A stretch of 64,000 nt of DNA from Candidatus Freyarchaeum deiterrae. GTDB taxonomy: Archaea; Asgardarchaeota; Jordiarchaeia; Jordiarchaeales; Jordiarchaeaceae. Below are positions 59,127-64,000 of the stretch, piece after piece. Within the stretch, counting starts at the first letter, position 1. Every line of letters begins with the position of its first letter. Where the stretch lies: NCBI GenBank assembly GCA_037305845.1, contig CP147778.1, forward strand, positions 1,728,001-1,792,000, read 5' to 3'. A program made the position numbers and the translations under genes. The notes beneath the pieces were generated by a model that was given only the letters and a program-made list of their open reading frames with translations, searched no databases and was not told the DNA's origin.

Positions 59127-61321
59127 TTAATCACTTCCTTCTCCATCTCTTGCTCTGAGAGCAACGCATAAAGATGATGAAAAATGAGAATGTTCCTTGG
59201 TAAATCGAAAATTTGTTCTTCAGCCATGGCTGAAAATATTTTTTTGTATGTTTCCAATTCATCTAGAAATGATTTCTCATCGATATGCTCTAACATTTTT
59301 ATTTTTTCTAGTGTTGGTGTGTTGAACAATTCCGAAGAAGCTATTAACTCCTTAACTTTAGGTTCCCAGGTGAAAACTTCTATTATAACTTCTTGAGAAA
59401 GAACACTTTGGATGTCCTTAAACATCTCTTTCTTTTTAAAATCAATCTCACATACACGCACCACTCTTCTTTTCCTTTTAAAATGGGATTTCATACGATT
59501 AATCTGAACTATAATAGATAAATCTCGTAAGCATGCTGGGGAAACCTCGTGATGGACAACCCATCGTAGAATCATATCCTCAACTGACGCCCCGTGGCAT
59601 GTTTGAAGTCCAGATATTCCTGAAGAAAGGGCATGAAACATAGCTTGGCTGTCCTGCGCAGTTTGTATTTCTCCTAAGAATACCCAGTCCGGAGAGCGAT
59701 GAAGTAGACGCGTGATCTCTTTGCTTTTGTTACGTCCTTTACTTTCATCTCCTTCAAATGGTTCAACTTTAAAACGGGTTTGATGCTTTCCATATTCTGT
59801 TTGAGGGATACTCTCAATCACATCTTCCAAGTAAATTTTTCTCCAATCCTGCGGAGTTAAGATGTCTAGAGCATTAATTAAGGTTGTTTTCCCTGCTCCT
59901 GATTCCCCAACTACCGTGATATTCATTCTTCGCAAGAGACAAAAAAGTAGATATGCCGCTGTTTGTACATCCAAAGTTTCGTTAGATATAAGTTCTGGAA
60001 GTGTGTAAGGATTCTTTCTAAGCTTTCTACAGTCCAGTTGCACTCCTTCGGCTGCCAAGGGTGCACTATCTATAGAAATCCGTATATGAAAACTGTCTGT
60101 AATTATTTCTGTTTTAAGGGAAGGTTTTGATTCATCGAGCTGCATATCACTTTCTGCTCTTACACGCGTTATTATTCTCTCAATATCTCGTTCTGTTAAC
60201 GATACTGATGTTCTACACCTCCCCCATTTTCTGTGATCCAAGTAAATATTTGTGCTTTCTTTATCCAAATAAAACTCTTCTACACTTGAATCCAGAAGAA
60301 AAGGCGCGACGGTACCCATACCAATACTTTCGTAGCAAGATATTTCAGATATTTTTTCAGAAGAATCAGCAGGTATTTCGGGATACTTGTTACGTAAAAA
60401 GTTTAATGCTTCACTTTTTCTTATTTTTATCAGTTCATCTATCCTAAAAAAATCTTTTTTATTAGTAAGAATTTGGCTGGCTCCCAGTTCATTTATGACT
60501 TCTTTAAGAAAATTTTTTCCAGAAGTATTTATATCCGACTCCTCAACATAATAAAAACGTTCGGTTGAATTTTTATCTAAATATACTGTAATAACGTACG
60601 GCCCAGCTTCATATGTGTCTATTAAAATTCTATCCTCTGCTTCAGCCTCCTCACTCACACTCGGCTCGTCTCTTTGAATACAAGAAAGTAAATAATTGTA
60701 TAAAACGTTTCTTGGTTTGTTCTTAATGCTAGGTTTTAAATTATTATACTGTTCTATAATCTTTGTTTCCTCTAAGGGTTCTCTAAGGGTTTCAATTACA
60801 GAGGTGAATTTGTCGTAGCATTGGACACAAAGACTGCTTTCTTTATCAAATGATTCATTGCAAGTACCTTTCTCTTTCAGCTCCAAGTACGCTCTTACTG
60901 GATCTTGATAGATAAGGCCAGCCTTACTATCGCTCCCAAATATCGTGTCCAAATATTCTTTTCTCTCACTTTCACAGACACTGGCCTTAGGGCAATTTGC
61001 AATAACCAATTTCCTAACTTTGAGTTTCTTTTTTAAAATCTTAGAAATCGCTTTTGCGGTCTCTAATAAATATTCTGTTTGAATTTTGTTGAAACTATTA
61101 ATTGTAGTGGGTGAATAAAATACCATTTCGTCAACATTATCTTCTTTTTCTAGGTTGTTTAGGCACTCTGACATGCAAGCGGAACTGCTTCTTGGATCCG
61201 CTTCGTTTTTATTTTTACAGTGCTTACCACATTTAAATGTTAGCTTGTAGAAAACTTTATTTTCTTTCTTTTCAAAGTCACGCTGAATTTTCGTACAATT
61301 TTTTAGTGTAGTTTTCAACAT
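59063..61321 (-). CDS. type II/IV secretion (TadA/CpaF/FlaI-like) ATPase with Cys-rich N-terminus
   Basis: GESGAGKTT, LEDVIE, LHRSPDWVFLGE, TCHG, RRV...EI. Confidence 0.88.
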   Translation of the reverse strand: MLKTTLKNCTKIQRDFEKKENKVFYKLTFKCGKHCKNKNEADPRSSSACMSECLNNLEKEDNVDEMVFYSPTTINSFNKIQTEYLLETAKAISKILKKKLKVRKLVIANCPKASVCESERKEYLDTIFGSDSKAGLIYQDPVRAYLELKEKGTCNESFDKESSLCVQCYDKFTSVIETLREPLEETKIIEQYNNLKPSIKNKPRNVLYNYLLSCIQRDEPSVSEEAEAEDRILIDTYEAGPYVITVYLDKNSTERFYYVEESDINTSGKNFLKEVINELGASQILTNKKDFFRIDELIKIRKSEALNFLRNKYPEIPADSSEKISEISCYESIGMGTVAPFLLDSSVEEFYLDKESTNIYLDHRKWGRCRTSVSLTERDIERIITRVRAESDMQLDESKPSLKTEIITDSFHIRISIDSAPLAAEGVQLDCRKLRKNPYTLPELISNETLDVQTAAYLLFCLLRRMNITVVGESGAGKTTLINALDILTPQDWRKIYLEDVIESIPQTEYGKHQTRFKVEPFEGDESKGRNKSKEITRLLHRSPDWVFLGEIQTAQDSQAMFHALSSGISGLQTCHGASVEDMILRWVVHHEVSPACLRDLSIIVQINRMKSHFKRKRRVVRVCEIDFKKKEMFKDIQSVLSQEVIIEVFTWEPKVKELIASSELFNTPTLEKIKMLEHIDEKSFLDELETYKKIFSAMAEEQIFDLPRNILIFHHLYALLSEQEMEKEVINWREVRQIIIEEIKKLKNQVS

Positions 61322-61513
61322 ATAATTCCCTTAAAAATTTTAAAAGTACAGTATTTAAGCACCGCTCTATCTATTGCCTTTTTTTATGGGATAAATTTCA
61401 GATATAAAAATTAGAAATTATTGTGGGGTTTAAATACCAGCTTATCTCAAAAAAATAGAAGATAAATTTGAAATTTACTAAACACATGAAAAAAGATTTA
61501 AAGGGGTAGCAAA

Positions 61514-61720
61514 ATGACTAGGAAGATTCTGGATTTCATCCTTAAAATGTTCAAGGATGACAAAGGTTCACCACTGGTTGAAGAAGGAATTTTAATTGGT
61601 CTCGCAATTCTTAGTGTAACTATACTAGTAGGGATAATTTTGAGTATACTTGGTTGGACAGGGAACTCTATATCAAATATTTTCAACTACTTGAATCGCA
61701 TCGCTAACGGGTTTTTTTAG
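61514..61720 (+). CDS. Flp-like small type IV pilin with class III signal peptide
   Basis: DDKG/SPLVEE with Glu at +5, then a ~25-aa hydrophobic helix; 68 aa; divergent from the ATPase operon. Confidence 0.8.
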   Translation: MTRKILDFILKMFKDDKGSPLVEEGILIGLAILSVTILVGIILSILGWTGNSISNIFNYLNRIANGFF

Positions 61721-62045
61721 ATGGTCATTAATAGCACCATATACAAGATCCAAAACCAAGAATATGGATATGATGGAGTACTATTTGAATAAAACAAGTA
61801 TAGGTCGTCTCTGTCAAGAACTATCAGTTTGATTAAGTAAATGGTTTTAAATTAATCCTAGTATTGAAAATCAAATAATAATTAACTCAAGATTATTCCA
61901 CAAAAAGGGAGAGATATACTGACCGTAGCAAAAATAAAAATAATCTATAGCTGGTTTTCCTAAACAATATTAGATTTCCAAGATTGAATGGTTAAATTAA
62001 ACTAAAAGTAAAAATTATTTTGTTCTCGAACTAAGATAAATTTTA

Positions 62046-62195
62046 TGGTGCTCCGGCCGGGAAATTCGGATTGACACCAAGTGTTAATCATTCGAACCCG
62101 GGTCGAGGAGGCGAATGGACAGGCGATTCATTTGAATCGTCTAAAGCCCCTTATGCTTAGCCATATCTTGTTTGGCCGGGCTACACCACCGGAGC
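62046..62195 (-). tRNA. tRNA-Glu(TTC) with three introns (21/22: 62157-62171; 34/35: 62115-62143; 59/60: 62063-62090), CCA encoded
   Basis: Acceptor GCTCCGG/CCGGAGC; BHB central helices GGCC/GGCT, GGGC/GTCC, TTCG/CGAA; spliced anticodon arm AGGGG-CTTTCGC-CTCCT. Confidence 0.88.
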
Positions 62196-62511
62196 TCTTT
62201 ATCAGACTTGTAAAAAACACTTTAGGTATTAAATTTTTCTATTTTAATTGTCAATCTACTTAACTTGTCATGCCCCATAAAAACAGTTATCTCCCAATTG
62301 TGTTTTCGGATTTAATTATAGGTCTTTATATCTGAATTTCCAATTATAGTTTTTGTTTAATACTTTCGGTTAACTCTCTTTCTCCAATATCCGTGTATGT
62401 TGAAAAGGTAATTTTTTATTTTTAATCTAGTTAAAAGTATTTTTAAAAATATTTTTTTTATTAATTAAAAATTAATATATTAAAAGTAATTAAAAATATG
62501 GTGATTTATTT

Positions 62512-63522
62512 ATGAGCCATCAAGACAACGATAAACTGCTTTGCCCTGAATGTTCAAGCACGCTAGTGTTGCACTCTGGTGAATTTGTGTGTAGCAACTG
62601 TGGTTTAGTTGTTTCTAAGCAATATTTAGCCCCAGTTTTCAAGATTAATCAAGAAAATCTATCAACTAGCCAATACAAACACTATGTAGCATTAGGAAAA
62701 AGAATGCACATAGTTGATGGAATGGGTAGTTACATTGATTTTCAGCGCACACCATTCTTTTATGATGGTCAAGGCACCCCACTTTCTTCGGACAGACAAG
62801 CTCTATATAGAAAACTGAAATTTAGATATAGTCTACGTTTAAGAATAGATAAAAAAGAATCGGATTATCGCGCGTTAAAATCATTAAATCATGTTGCTTC
62901 TATGTTAGAAATTTCGGATTCTATAAGAGATAGAGCTGCATATATCTATCAAAAAGCTGTCAAAAAAATTGATAAAAAAATCTCAAACCACATAGTTCTG
63001 ATCGCTGCTTGTCTTTTTTTTGCAATTAGAGAATATAAAGAATTAGCACCAGTAACAATACAGGAAGTCACACAGAACTTTAAAAAACTAGGCCATAGAA
63101 TAAATGTCAAAAAAGTAATAAGAACAGCTCTTGAATTAAGATCCTTATTTATCCAAGAACATCCAAAAATCAGAAAGAGCGAAGAGTACTTACACAGGAT
63201 AATATCTGACGTTGTATCTTCACCAATTGTTGAACGCCGTCTAAAAGAAAGAGAACTCACTACAGAAGATTACAGAAATTTATTAACACAAAAAAGTTAT
63301 TCTATTTTAACTAAAATTGACAGTATTAATCGTGGTGGAAGAAATCCCTACATTTTTGCAGTGTCCACAGTTTATTCTGCCGATCGTATACTATTTAAGA
63401 AATTAGCTAAGAAACCAATTTTAACGCAAAAAATCTTGGCCAAAATAACTAAAGTTGCAGAGTACAGCATTAGGGATCATTACACAAGTGTACTGAAACC
63501 GATGATAATACTTGGTAAATAA
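62512..63522 (+). CDS. divergent TFIIB/TFB family paralog
   Basis: CPEC...GEFVCSNCGLV Zn ribbon; cyclin repeats ending GRNP...TQK.LA....V.EYSIR. Confidence 0.8.
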   Translation: MSHQDNDKLLCPECSSTLVLHSGEFVCSNCGLVVSKQYLAPVFKINQENLSTSQYKHYVALGKRMHIVDGMGSYIDFQRTPFFYDGQGTPLSSDRQALYRKLKFRYSLRLRIDKKESDYRALKSLNHVASMLEISDSIRDRAAYIYQKAVKKIDKKISNHIVLIAACLFFAIREYKELAPVTIQEVTQNFKKLGHRINVKKVIRTALELRSLFIQEHPKIRKSEEYLHRIISDVVSSPIVERRLKERELTTEDYRNLLTQKSYSILTKIDSINRGGRNPYIFAVSTVYSADRILFKKLAKKPILTQKILAKITKVAEYSIRDHYTSVLKPMIILGK

Positions 63523-63599
63523 TTATAAACCAAAGTATCAAGGTGCAGAATTTTTTAACATAAAGAAAATCTTATCAAACAAATTTAATGTCATATTTT

Positions 63600-64000
63600 T
63601 TATTTTAATCTAATCGTCTCTAGATTTTGAGGCGCTCTGGTTTCTATCTTAAACACCTTATGAGCTGTACTCGCCAGATTAATACATTTTGAATTTTCAC
63701 CATGACAAGCAATTATTCTTTCGGGTTTAGGAGATAGCTTTCTAAGATAATCTAGTAGCTGCCTCCTATCGCTGTGGCCTGAGAAACCATCCACCGCGTT
63801 AATGTCCATTCTTACATTGACCATTTCTGTTTTTCCCTCCTTAGTTTTCATAGGTATCTCCTTCCAACCCTTCTGCACCCTACGTCCGAGTGTTCCTTCC
63901 ACTTGGTAAGAAACGAATAACAGAGTATTTTTGGGATTGGACGCCATTAATTGGAAGTATTCCACACTTGGTCCGCCACTCAACATACCGGAAGTCGCCA
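63600..64000 (-). CDS. beta-CASP ribonuclease aCPSF1/FttA, 3' end (partial)
   Basis: [38 protein letters not shown]. Confidence 0.92.
   Translation of the reverse strand, partial: ATSGMLSGGPSVEYFQLMASNPKNTLLFVSYQVEGTLGRRVQKGWKEIPMKTKEGKTEMVNVRMDINAVDGFSGHSDRRQLLDYLRKLSPKPERIIACHGENSKCINLASTAHKVFKIETRAPQNLETIRLK

Noticed and set aside
61718-61792. In-frame 23-codon ORF directly after the pilin TAG (possible pyrrolysine read-through)
   Set aside because: The pilin is already a complete Flp-sized protein, no pyl genes are in the window, and a short ORF here is expected by chance.
62140-62146. Apparent TTA (ochre suppressor) anticodon in the minus-strand tRNA
   Set aside because: A clean BHB places an intron at 34/35; the spliced anticodon is TTC and the body matches tRNA-Glu.
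1-64000. CRISPR array, intact transposase/IS, provirus, rRNA
   Set aside because: No regularly spaced repeats, transposase or capsid ORFs, or rRNA-like stretches were found by eye.

Overview
AT-rich archaeal chromosome segment, most likely from an Asgard archaeon. This rests on a eukaryote-like actin at 53815-54969 alongside PolD DP2, the proteasome/exosome superoperon and archaeosine genes; the lineage is not verified. Most of the window is housekeeping: EF-2, rpl2/3/4, CCA enzyme, LeuA, class III RNR, ArcS/RaSEA, KEOPS/Sua5, ApgM, aCPSF1. The best candidate for an undescribed system is a tightly coupled two-gene unit at 35234-38004. The first gene is a soluble MtrA(corrinoid)-MtrH fusion. 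The second is a two-domain thymidylate-synthase-fold protein whose halves look complementary, forming one composite active site. It carries Asp, not Asn, at the base-specificity position. Together these suggest corrinoid-dependent C5 methylation of a cytosine deoxynucleotide. Other notable items: (1) four tRNA genes carrying 9 non-canonical BHB introns in total, including a 5-nt exon in initiator tRNA and a split anticodon in tRNA-Glu; (2) a convergent pair of paralogous C/D box sRNAs, one predicted to guide Cm34 of tRNA-Leu(CAA); (3) a comDE/comAB sulfonate (coenzyme M-type) cluster next to nucleotidyl- and CDP-alcohol transferases; (4) an HTH-CARF regulator divergent from actin; (5) a Tad/Flp-like pilus locus; (6) kb-scale A/C versus G/T strand-skew switches that ignore gene orientation. 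All assignments come from reading motifs by eye; no searches were run.
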